A stretch of 57,503 nt of DNA, from contig CAZFQP010000005.1 of assembly GCA_964520505.1 (NCBI GenBank), forward strand, positions 1 through 57,503, written 5' to 3'. A program made the translations under genes and the position numbers. Each line of letters starts with the position of its first letter. Within the stretch, counting starts at the first letter, position 1. Under the pieces are notes generated by a model. That model searched no databases and had not been told where the DNA came from. It was given only the letters and a program-made list of their open reading frames with translations. The DNA is from an uncultured Candidatus Saccharibacteria bacterium. GTDB lineage: Bacteria; Patescibacteriota; Doudnabacteria; UBA920. This document shows positions 25,844-33,471 of this stretch, in pieces.

Positions 25844-27721
25844 ATGGAACCTAAAGACCCGGAAAAAATTATTACAGTCTTTGCCAAAACCAACTTCCGC
25901 AACCAGGAGGTACCTTTTGGCATAAAAACAGACGATCGCCGGCGCCATATGTACCTAATAGGTAAGACCGGTATGGGTAAGACCACGGTAATGGAAAATA
26001 TGGCCATTCAGGACATTCGCAATGGCCACGGCATTGCCTTTTTGGACCCGCACGGTGACAGTATCGGCAGAATTTTGGATTCCATTCCCTCCAGCCGGGT
26101 AAACGACGTTATCTACTTTAACCCGGCCGACCTGGAATTTCCGGTGGCCTTTAATATTTTAGAAGCGGTGGATACCAAGTATAAACACTTGGTAGCTTCC
26201 GGACTAATGGGCGTGTTTACTAAAATTTGGGCCAACTTGTGGTCCGCCAGAATGGAATACATTTTAAATAATACGATTTTAGCCCTGCTCGACAGCCCCG
26301 GCAATACTTTGCTTGGAATTACCCGTATGTATGTGGACAAAAAATATCGGAAAAAAATTGTCGACAACGTAAAAGACCCTATGGTCAAAGCTTTTTGGAC
26401 CGACGAGTTTGCCAATTATAACGAAAAGTACCGTACCGAGGCCATAGCTCCAATCCAAAACAAAGTTGGGCAATTTTTATCGTCCGGAATTATCCGCAAC
26501 ATTGTTGGCCAACCTAAAAGCACTATTGACTTGCGTGAAATTATGGACAAAAAGAAAATTCTAATAATGGATTTGTCTAAAGGAAAAGTTGGTGAAGACA
26601 ATAGCGCGCTTTTGGGGGCAATGATAGTAACCAAGCTGCAACTTGCCGCCATGTCCCGCACCGACATTCCGGAGCACGAACGCAAGGATTTTTATTTGTA
26701 TGTGGACGAGTTTCAGAACTTTGCAACCGACAGCTTTGCCACAATTTTAAGCGAGGCTAGAAAATACCGCCTTAACTTAATTGTCGGGCACCAATACATT
26801 GGCCAGTTAGTGCAAGAACGAAACACAAAAGTTCGCGACGCCATATTCGGCAACGTGGGAACTTTGGTGGTTTTTCGCGTCGGCGCGGAAGACGCGGAAT
26901 TTTTAGTAAAAGAATTCGAACCGATTTTTACAGAAGTTGATATTGTAAATTTGCCAAAATACCACATTCTGCTCAAACTAATGATCAACGGCGTGGCCTC
27001 AGACCCGTTTTCCGCCGTTACAGTGCCGGCAAGTCCTGCTTACATAACCAACAACGCGGAAAAAACCATAAAAGTTTCCCGTGAGCGTTACAGTAATCCT
27101 GTTGCGGAAGTTGAAGAAAAAATTTCCCGTTGGATGGGTTCCGACTTACATCAGGAATCTGCAATGATGATAAACGAAGATAAAACAGAAGGGGACGAAG
27201 GCCAAGAAAAAACAGAAAGTACCCCCACTCCTGTAAGGCAACCCAAAACCGAAATACCGGCTCAGCTGGTTTTTGTTTCCGAACCGGAAATGAATACTAA
27301 AATTGTGGAAACTGAAGTTGAAATTCCTCAAAAAAAGTTTGTAGATAAGCCTCATAATTCGCTTGCTCGAAGTCAACTGGCTCACTCTCATGACCATAAC
27401 CGAAGTCAACCTCAACGCAGCCACAACGCGCCTCATCATGACCACGGCAGAAGCCAAACGACAAGAAATTTTTCTAAAAACGCTCAACCTCAAAAAACTT
27501 CTATAACAAAAAAAACTAACCCTATTTGGGACAAGGTGGCAGACTTGCACCACCAAAGAAACACCCAAGTGCAACAGCAAAACCAGGAAAACTTAGGAAA
27601 AATTATCGAAAGCTCCTTTCAAAGCTCGCCGCCAATGCCAAAACCCGAGCCGGATATTCAAAAACCCGGCCCCGACCAGCACCGTACAGTTATTAAACCC
27701 GGCGAATCACACTCAATGTAG
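25844..27721 (+). CDS. VirD4/TraD-like (type IV coupling protein family) P-loop ATPase with disordered C-terminal tail
   Basis: Walker A GKTGMGKTT and Walker B FYLYVDEFQNF, then ARKYRLNLIVGHQYIGQL. The last ~190 aa are low-complexity and rich in His, Gln and Pro. Confidence 0.75.
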   Translation: MEPKDPEKIITVFAKTNFRNQEVPFGIKTDDRRRHMYLIGKTGMGKTTVMENMAIQDIRNGHGIAFLDPHGDSIGRILDSIPSSRVNDVIYFNPADLEFPVAFNILEAVDTKYKHLVASGLMGVFTKIWANLWSARMEYILNNTILALLDSPGNTLLGITRMYVDKKYRKKIVDNVKDPMVKAFWTDEFANYNEKYRTEAIAPIQNKVGQFLSSGIIRNIVGQPKSTIDLREIMDKKKILIMDLSKGKVGEDNSALLGAMIVTKLQLAAMSRTDIPEHERKDFYLYVDEFQNFATDSFATILSEARKYRLNLIVGHQYIGQLVQERNTKVRDAIFGNVGTLVVFRVGAEDAEFLVKEFEPIFTEVDIVNLPKYHILLKLMINGVASDPFSAVTVPASPAYITNNAEKTIKVSRERYSNPVAEVEEKISRWMGSDLHQESAMMINEDKTEGDEGQEKTESTPTPVRQPKTEIPAQLVFVSEPEMNTKIVETEVEIPQKKFVDKPHNSLARSQLAHSHDHNRSQPQRSHNAPHHDHGRSQTTRNFSKNAQPQKTSITKKTNPIWDKVADLHHQRNTQVQQQNQENLGKIIESSFQSSPPMPKPEPDIQKPGPDQHRTVIKPGESHSM

Positions 27722-27729
27722 TATATGAC

Positions 27730-27793
27730 CCCAAATAAAAAATCCGTCCAGCTCTTTTATAGTAAAAGGCTTGGACGGATTTTTTTATTTGGG
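27730..27793. terminator. bidirectional terminator between convergent genes
   Basis: CCCAAATAAAAAATCCGTCCA ... TGGACGGATTTTTTTATTTGGG is a long inverted repeat with an A-tract and a T-tract. Confidence 0.75.
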
Positions 27794-27794
27794 T

Positions 27795-28115
27795 TTAAAT
27801 ATGCTTCTTAATTTCAGCTTCCAGAGTGCTTTTAGGAGCGGCGCCGATTAATTCTCCGACCACTTTGCCGCCTTTAAAGAATTTTAACGTTGGAATACTC
27901 ATAATTCCGTAGCGACCGGCTAATTGGTTGTTTTCATCGACATTAACCTTGCCGACTTTCAGCTTTCCCTGATACTCATTGGCTAGCTCTTCTACAATCG
28001 GCCCTAAAACCTTGCATGGACCGCACCACACCGCCCAAAAATCCACCATTACCGGCAATTCAGAATTTAAAACTTCTTGTTCAAAATTACCCTCAGTCAA
28101 AGTTATTTCAGACAT
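27795..28115 (-). CDS. trxA: thioredoxin
   Basis: WAVWCGPCK active site, 106 aa. Confidence 0.95.
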   Translation of the reverse strand: MSEITLTEGNFEQEVLNSELPVMVDFWAVWCGPCKVLGPIVEELANEYQGKLKVGKVNVDENNQLAGRYGIMSIPTLKFFKGGKVVGELIGAAPKSTLEAEIKKHI

Positions 28116-28217
28116 ATTATTATATATTAATGGTTATTGGGTTTGAAAACCCTTTTTAGAGTTGCTCATTAATATTATCCACAAGTGTAAGCTTTGTCAA
28201 CCTAAAAAACGGGTATT

Positions 28218-28244
28218 AATTTGCTATAATAAACATAGCAAATT
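28218..28244 (+). promoter_or_regulatory. 10-bp inverted repeat overlapping an extended -10 box
   Basis: AATTTGCTAT-AATAAAC-ATAGCAAATT, with TGC-TATAAT (TATAAT at 28225-28230) about 25 nt upstream of the DD-carboxypeptidase gene. Confidence 0.35.
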
Positions 28245-28253
28245 AATTACAAA

Positions 28254-29237
28254 ATGGAAGAAACAGAAATAAAAATCCAGGTAAAAAATACAGTTTTAAA
28301 AGTACTACCATTTTGGTTGATTTTTTTAATTTTGGTCACCGCGGTCCAAATCGGAGCTTTTCAGTTAATTAAAGCTCCTGTGTCGAGCAAAGTGACAAAC
28401 CAAACTCCGGTTCCTCAGGTTTTGGGGGCTAGTATTTCGCTTCGAGGCGAAGCGCCATCAACAGTTTCCGAAATCCCAAAGCTCAAAGAACCTGATTTAA
28501 GCAATATTTCTGCGAAAAGTTTTTTAGCATTTGACCTCGACAGTGGCCGAGAATACATTAAAGAAAATGAAAACGGAAAGTTAAGCATTGCCAGTCTTAC
28601 CAAACTACTTACTGCCCTAGTAGCTTATAAAACGGCCGATTTAAATGCCAACTTTACGATATCGGCCAAAAGCAACATAGACACCAAACCGGTTTTGGGG
28701 CTAGTTGCTGGTGACAGCGTAAAAGCAGTGGACGTTTTAAACTCAATGATCGTCGGCTCTTGTAATGATGCCGCTTTAGCTCTGGCACAGTACGTTTCTG
28801 ACTCAGAAAATAAAAGTTTTATTACTTTAATGAACGACACCGCTAAGGAAATTGGAATGAATAATAGTAATTTTTCCAACCCGATGGGTTTTGATAGCCG
28901 AAATAATTATTCCACGGCCGAGGACTTAAAAATTCTTATTACCGAAACCGAAAAATTAGCAATTTTTAATAATTTAGGGCGTCGCACCAGCTACAGCTTT
29001 TCCGGAAGCAATCAGAAAACCTATACCGCTTATGCCACCAATAAACTTATTAAAAACCATCCCGACATTCAAGCTATAAAAACCGGCTTCACTGAGAGTG
29101 CGGGCGGAGCCATGGCTACAAAAATAACCCTAGGGTCGCGAGACATAGCAATTTTAGTGTTGAACAGTCAAAATCGGGAAGGGGATACGCTAAAAATAAA
29201 GCAGCAGTTAGAAAATAGCTTTAATTGGCAGCCTTAA
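28254..29237 (+). CDS. serine-type D-Ala-D-Ala carboxypeptidase (peptidase S11, PBP5-like)
   Basis: SxxK (SIASLTKLL), SxN (SCND) and KTG (KTGFT) motifs, with an N-terminal TM anchor. Confidence 0.85.
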   Translation: MEETEIKIQVKNTVLKVLPFWLIFLILVTAVQIGAFQLIKAPVSSKVTNQTPVPQVLGASISLRGEAPSTVSEIPKLKEPDLSNISAKSFLAFDLDSGREYIKENENGKLSIASLTKLLTALVAYKTADLNANFTISAKSNIDTKPVLGLVAGDSVKAVDVLNSMIVGSCNDAALALAQYVSDSENKSFITLMNDTAKEIGMNNSNFSNPMGFDSRNNYSTAEDLKILITETEKLAIFNNLGRRTSYSFSGSNQKTYTAYATNKLIKNHPDIQAIKTGFTESAGGAMATKITLGSRDIAILVLNSQNREGDTLKIKQQLENSFNWQP

Positions 29238-29245
29238 TATATCAT

Positions 29246-29266
29246 CCGTCCGCCTCAGGCGGACGG
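29246..29266 (+). terminator. hairpin after the DD-carboxypeptidase gene (no T-tract)
   Basis: CCGTCCGCC-TCA-GGCGGACGG. Confidence 0.4.
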
Positions 29267-29578
29267 GATCCATACCTTAACAATATTTATTCTCAGAATC
29301 GGATATCCCCATAACTCATGTTGTTTAAGAATAACGTGACAAATTAACACCTCCATTTCTATATGTGTCTGCGCAATCTTGCGTTTCTGAAAGAAATTGA
29401 AATAATTCATTCAGTTAAATCCCTTATTTTCGATGTATTAGCTACTATATAAAAGTCATAAATGCTATTATTTGATTTACAAATAAACCCTTGCTTTTGC
29501 GAGGGTTTTCTGCTAATATAAAGGGTCTTTTAGCAATTTTGGCTTTTCCTGAAAGCTAAGAGATGATGGAAGGAGAAT

Positions 29579-30067
29579 ATGTTTATGACTGTTGCGGAGA
29601 GGGTTAAGAAAGCGATTGCCGAATACTACCGGATTGACGTTTCGGAAGTGACCGACGACCGCAAGCTGAACGATCACATGTTGTTGGTCTTCATCACTAT
29701 CAAACTCGACATTCCTTCGAGTGGCACGGTCGGGGAAGAACAGACCGTGGGGCAGCTCATTGCCCAGTTCGAGAAGATGGCCAAACTTCATGACTCGGGA
29801 ACCTATGCTGAAACACCCGTGATTAATTCCGTACGCGATGCTGTTGCCGTGGCAACTGCCAAGCACAACGGAATTAAGGTTGAAGAAATCACCGACAACA
29901 CGACTGTGTTGTTTGCTGATTACCAAGCAAGTAATGCTTTCAGCAACCACATGTGCTATCTCCTCGGCTACACCTTAGGCTTGAATTGTCGGGAGAAAAA
30001 TCTCAGCGTTAAAAAAATCACTGAGATGTTCGAGAGTTTGCGAGAAGCCGCACGGCACGGCATATAA
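29579..30067 (+). CDS. hypothetical protein with two degenerate ACP-like repeats (GC-rich island gene 1)
   Basis: GGAAGGAG Shine-Dalgarno sequence. ATG at 29585 has better spacing than 29579. VAERVKKAIAEYYRIDVSEVTDD resembles the acyl-carrier-protein N-terminal helix, and a second similar segment is present (GIKVEEITDNT). No DSL phosphopantetheine serine motif is present. Confidence 0.6.
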   Translation: MFMTVAERVKKAIAEYYRIDVSEVTDDRKLNDHMLLVFITIKLDIPSSGTVGEEQTVGQLIAQFEKMAKLHDSGTYAETPVINSVRDAVAVATAKHNGIKVEEITDNTTVLFADYQASNAFSNHMCYLLGYTLGLNCREKNLSVKKITEMFESLREAARHGI

Positions 30068-30129
30068 AAATGCAACAGCCGCCAGCTTGAGCGGAAATCA
30101 AACAGTCAATGAACAAAGGAGGCTAAATT

Positions 30130-30618
30130 ATGTGTGGTTCGTTTATGCCACCGCCCTCAGCGAAACAAGGTGAATCCAAGTTTGGATTTACAGCCAGCCA
30201 GCGGGTCAAGGTCATTAAAGACACCCATTTTCAAGACTGGCACGGCCACGTGCGGGCGTTCCGTGACGTTATTGTCGCCGTCGACCTCGACGAGCCGCCA
30301 CCCGGTCATCAAAAGAATGGCCAGTGGTTTCTGCCGGAGAACCTTCGAAAGGCACCAATCAACATCGTCGTCAAGTACGGAAATCACTACGTCGCTCAAT
30401 TCCATCTCGAGCGGCACCCGTTCAAACGTCAAGAACTTGCACTAATGTCGGAGACCGATGATCAGGACTGGGGTTACAACGGCATTTACCGTATCTCCCA
30501 TGTCGGGCCGCCGCCGGCAATTGCTAGTCAGTTCCAGTGGGAAGTCCAACTGGAGAAGATTCGCGACTTGCTCGAAAGCGACCAAGCCATCCTCGTCGAC
30601 TACTATCCACACACGTAA
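30130..30618 (+). CDS. hypothetical protein (GC-rich island gene 2)
   Basis: AAGGAGG Shine-Dalgarno sequence 7 nt upstream, 162 aa, no recognised motif. This is the longest of several overlapping frames in this GC-rich stretch. Confidence 0.55.
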   Translation: MCGSFMPPPSAKQGESKFGFTASQRVKVIKDTHFQDWHGHVRAFRDVIVAVDLDEPPPGHQKNGQWFLPENLRKAPINIVVKYGNHYVAQFHLERHPFKRQELALMSETDDQDWGYNGIYRISHVGPPPAIASQFQWEVQLEKIRDLLESDQAILVDYYPHT

Positions 30619-30619
30619 C

Positions 30620-30666
30620 CGAAGCGCCGCCCTGCAAACCGCAGGCTCCGGCGCTTCTTCTTTTTG
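30620..30666 (+). terminator. rho-independent terminator ending the GC-rich island
   Basis: GAAGCGCCG...(CCTGC-AAACC-GCAGG)...CGGCGCTTC is followed by TTCTTTTTGT. Confidence 0.7.
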
Positions 30667-30758
30667 TATAATTTTGTGTACGAACTTACTTTAAAACCTA
30701 TCCAATAAAATTTAAGATTAGGGCATCTGTTAATTCGCAACCTTAAATACAGAGTTTT

Positions 30759-30794
30759 AAAACCTTTTGCTAAATTTCCCAAAAGGTTTTTTTT
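30759..30794 (+). terminator. terminator-like hairpin abutting the mraY ORF
   Basis: AAAACCTTTTG-CTAAATTTCC-CAAAAGGTTTT followed by TTTT, ending 1 nt before ATG 30795. Confidence 0.55.
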
Positions 30795-31883
30795 ATGGTA
30801 AAATTAATTCAGATTCTAGATATAATTTTCCTGGATTTTTTCTTTATGGTTGATCAAATTTTAACCAAAATCTTCACTTTAACTTCCTTCGGTTTTGCTT
30901 TTGCCCTGCTGGCCACTCCTGTTCTCACAAAATTTTTATACCACAATAAACTTGGCAAAAATATTCGCAACGACGGTACCACCCCGCTATTTTCCGAAAT
31001 GCATAAAGAAAAGGCCGGCACGCCGACAATGGGAGGGATTTTAGTCTGGGGCACACTAGCCGCCTTAATGCTTGCTTTCTGGCTTCTGGGCTCAATAATG
31101 CACATTGAATTTTTTGCGAACTTAAACTTCTTTTCACGCAAAGAAACCCTGCTTCCATTAGGCGCACTACTTGGCGCAGCCATTGTAGGATTAGTTGACG
31201 ACTGGCTGGACATCCGCCATATGGGTCACAAAGGACGAGGTTTACGATTTCGTTTTAAATTTATTATTTACGCCATTGTGGCGGCCATTGGCGCCTGGTG
31301 GTTCTTTTTTAAGCTCGGGTTCTCCACTGTTCATATTCCATTTATTGGCAGTGTAGATTTTGGTTTGTGGTTTATTCCATTTTTTATTTTGGCGGTTGTT
31401 GGTGTAAGTTTTGCCGTTAACGAAACAGATGGCCTAGACGGTCTGGCTGGAGGCACCTTAATGATAGCTTTTTTTGCCTACGAAATTATTGCCTTCGCCC
31501 AAGGGAAATATGACCTGGCTGCCTTTATCGCGGTAATTTTTGGCGCTCTGTTGGCCTTTTTATGGTTTAACGTTTACCCTGCCAGATTTTTTATGGGTGA
31601 CACGGGCTCAATGGGGCTTGGGGTACTTTTAGCTATTGTGGCTTTTTTAACTAACTCGGTTTTTATTTTGTTCTTTATTGGTTTTATTTTTATGATTGAG
31701 GCGGTTTCTGTATTCCTGCAACTATTTTGGAAAAAAGTTTTCAAACGAAAATTGTTTTTATCCGCGCCGATTCACCATCATTTCCAAGCGCTCGGCTGGC
31801 CGGAAACAAAAGTCACAATGCGATTCTGGATAATTGCCGGAGTGATGAGCATTATTGGAGTTATAATTTATTTTTTGGGATAA
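30795..31883 (+). CDS. mraY: phospho-N-acetylmuramoyl-pentapeptide transferase
   Basis: GKNIRNDGTTPLFSEMHKEKAGTPTMGG, NETDGLDGLA and FMGDTGSMGLG. The true start may be ATG 30846, because a terminator hairpin ends at 30794 and a TATAAT lies at 30821-30826. Confidence 0.9.
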   Translation: MVKLIQILDIIFLDFFFMVDQILTKIFTLTSFGFAFALLATPVLTKFLYHNKLGKNIRNDGTTPLFSEMHKEKAGTPTMGGILVWGTLAALMLAFWLLGSIMHIEFFANLNFFSRKETLLPLGALLGAAIVGLVDDWLDIRHMGHKGRGLRFRFKFIIYAIVAAIGAWWFFFKLGFSTVHIPFIGSVDFGLWFIPFFILAVVGVSFAVNETDGLDGLAGGTLMIAFFAYEIIAFAQGKYDLAAFIAVIFGALLAFLWFNVYPARFFMGDTGSMGLGVLLAIVAFLTNSVFILFFIGFIFMIEAVSVFLQLFWKKVFKRKLFLSAPIHHHFQALGWPETKVTMRFWIIAGVMSIIGVIIYFLG

Positions 31884-31905
31884 CTTAAAAAGCTAACACA
31901 AAAAT

Positions 31906-33471
31906 ATGTACTCATTACTTATTAAAAATGCCAAAGTTATAGACGGCACCGGGCGGACCGGAGAAATTGCAGATGTTGCCGTGCAAGATGACGAAATTGT
32001 TGCCGTTGCACCAAACATTACCACCGAGGCACAAACTGTAATCGATGCAGCCGGCAAAATTCTAGTTCCCGGTTTTATTGACTTGCAAAATCATAGTGAC
32101 AGCTACTGGCAAATTTTTGACAACCCCTCTTTAGACAGCATGGTCAGCCAGGGCTATACCACAATTCTAGTCGGTAATTGCGGTGCCAGCTTAGCTCCAT
32201 TGCTTACCAACGATGCCCTGTTGTCTATGCAAAAATGGCACAGTCTGGAGGCTGCCAATATCAACTGGCGCAGCTTTTCAGAATATATGGAAGAGCTGGA
32301 AAAAAATCACTATGGCTGCAATATTGCCAGCTTGGTTGGTTATTCAACTTTGCGCCGCGCGGTTGTGGGCGACCAAATTCGTTCATTAGAAAAAAATGAA
32401 CTGGATTCGTTAAAAAAAGTTTTGGAACAAAGTTTAAAAGCCGGAGCATTTGGGCTTTCCAATGGTCTTTCTTATGCCCACGAAATTATTATTTCTGAAC
32501 TGGAACTATTTGAACTTGCCAAAATTGTTAAAAAATCAGACGGACTATTTTCTATCCACTTAAGAAGTGAGGGGGCAGAAATTATTGAAGCCGTAGACGA
32601 AGCTTTAGATATCGCAAAATCTACCGAGGTTAATCTAAAAATTTCCCATTTAAAATTGCGTAACGAGGCCAATTGGCCCAAATTTGACGAGTTAGTCAGC
32701 ATAATTGATACAGCCTACCACCGAGGTATAAATGTCCACTTTGACCTTTACCCTTATGACACTGTCTGGCAAGCGTTATACAGCTATTTGCCAAAATGGG
32801 CAATAGAAGGCGGACGGGCAATTTTACTTAAACACTTTGAAGACCCGGTACAAAAAAATAAAATTTTAATGTACCTCAACAATTCAGGTATAAAATTTTC
32901 CACCATGCAAATAGCTTCCACGGCTAGCAAGCTGAGTTTTACAGGAAAAACAATCGGGCAAGTTGCTAAAAATTTAGAGGTTTCATCCGAGCAAGCAGTT
33001 TTGCATATAATTGCCAATGGTGGCAGTGAGGTTTTGGTGTTTGAAAAAAATCTTAATGAGGATCATGTAAATAAATTATTGTTGCATCCGCTATCCTTTA
33101 TTGGCACGGACGGAGCCGGATTTTCAAAAAATATTAAAGACCGCCTGGTTCACCCTCGGTGTTTTGGCAGTGCGCCAAAATTTTTAAATTTCGCCCAAAA
33201 ATCCGGACAAATTACTTTAGAACAAGCAATAAAAAAACTTACTTCTGCGCCGGCCAAAAAACTTGGACTATACAAACGCGGCGAAATTAAAGTCGGCAAT
33301 TTTGCGGATTTGGTTATAATGGACGCGGATAAAATTGCCGACAAATCAACTTACACTAACCCCGGCCAGTTTAGCGAAGGAATCGAGCAAGTTTTTGTTA
33401 ACGGAAATATTGTTATGCAAGGAGGGCAAGCAACCGGAACTCTGTCCGGACGAGCTTTAAGAAAAAATTAA
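31906..33471 (+). CDS. N-acyl-D-amino-acid deacylase (D-aminoacylase) family amidohydrolase
   Basis: LIKNAKVIDGTG...ADVAVQDDEIVAV...IDAAGKILVPGFIDLQNHSD and the overall length fit Amidohydro_3 D-aminoacylases. The usual HxH is QNH here. Confidence 0.75.
   Translation: MYSLLIKNAKVIDGTGRTGEIADVAVQDDEIVAVAPNITTEAQTVIDAAGKILVPGFIDLQNHSDSYWQIFDNPSLDSMVSQGYTTILVGNCGASLAPLLTNDALLSMQKWHSLEAANINWRSFSEYMEELEKNHYGCNIASLVGYSTLRRAVVGDQIRSLEKNELDSLKKVLEQSLKAGAFGLSNGLSYAHEIIISELELFELAKIVKKSDGLFSIHLRSEGAEIIEAVDEALDIAKSTEVNLKISHLKLRNEANWPKFDELVSIIDTAYHRGINVHFDLYPYDTVWQALYSYLPKWAIEGGRAILLKHFEDPVQKNKILMYLNNSGIKFSTMQIASTASKLSFTGKTIGQVAKNLEVSSEQAVLHIIANGGSEVLVFEKNLNEDHVNKLLLHPLSFIGTDGAGFSKNIKDRLVHPRCFGSAPKFLNFAQKSGQITLEQAIKKLTSAPAKKLGLYKRGEIKVGNFADLVIMDADKIADKSTYTNPGQFSEGIEQVFVNGNIVMQGGQATGTLSGRALRKN

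Noticed and set aside
27146-27580. 144-aa minus-strand ORF opposite the low-complexity tail of the VirD4-like ATPase
   Set aside because: The plus-strand ORF is continuous with the ATPase domain, and the antisense frame is an artefact of the low-complexity sequence.
29255-29410. 51-aa minus-strand ORF (MNYFNFFQKRKIAQTHIEMEV...) in the AT-rich leader of the island
   Set aside because: It has no Shine-Dalgarno sequence, runs into the dac terminator hairpin and has no family features. It may be a remnant of something, but I cannot support it.
29513-29950. 145-aa minus-strand ORF in the GC-rich island
   Set aside because: It is opposite the plus-strand ORF, which has a strong Shine-Dalgarno sequence and recognisable helical repeats. 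High GC inflates spurious ORF length.
30134-30694. Alternative-frame ORFs (30134-30445 +, 30157-30432 -, 30458-30694 +) in the GC-rich island
   Set aside because: They overlap the 162-aa frame, which has an AAGGAGG Shine-Dalgarno sequence and ends right before a terminator. Their Arg/Ser/Thr-rich composition is typical of off-frame GC-rich translation. Frame choice still deserves a coding-potential check.
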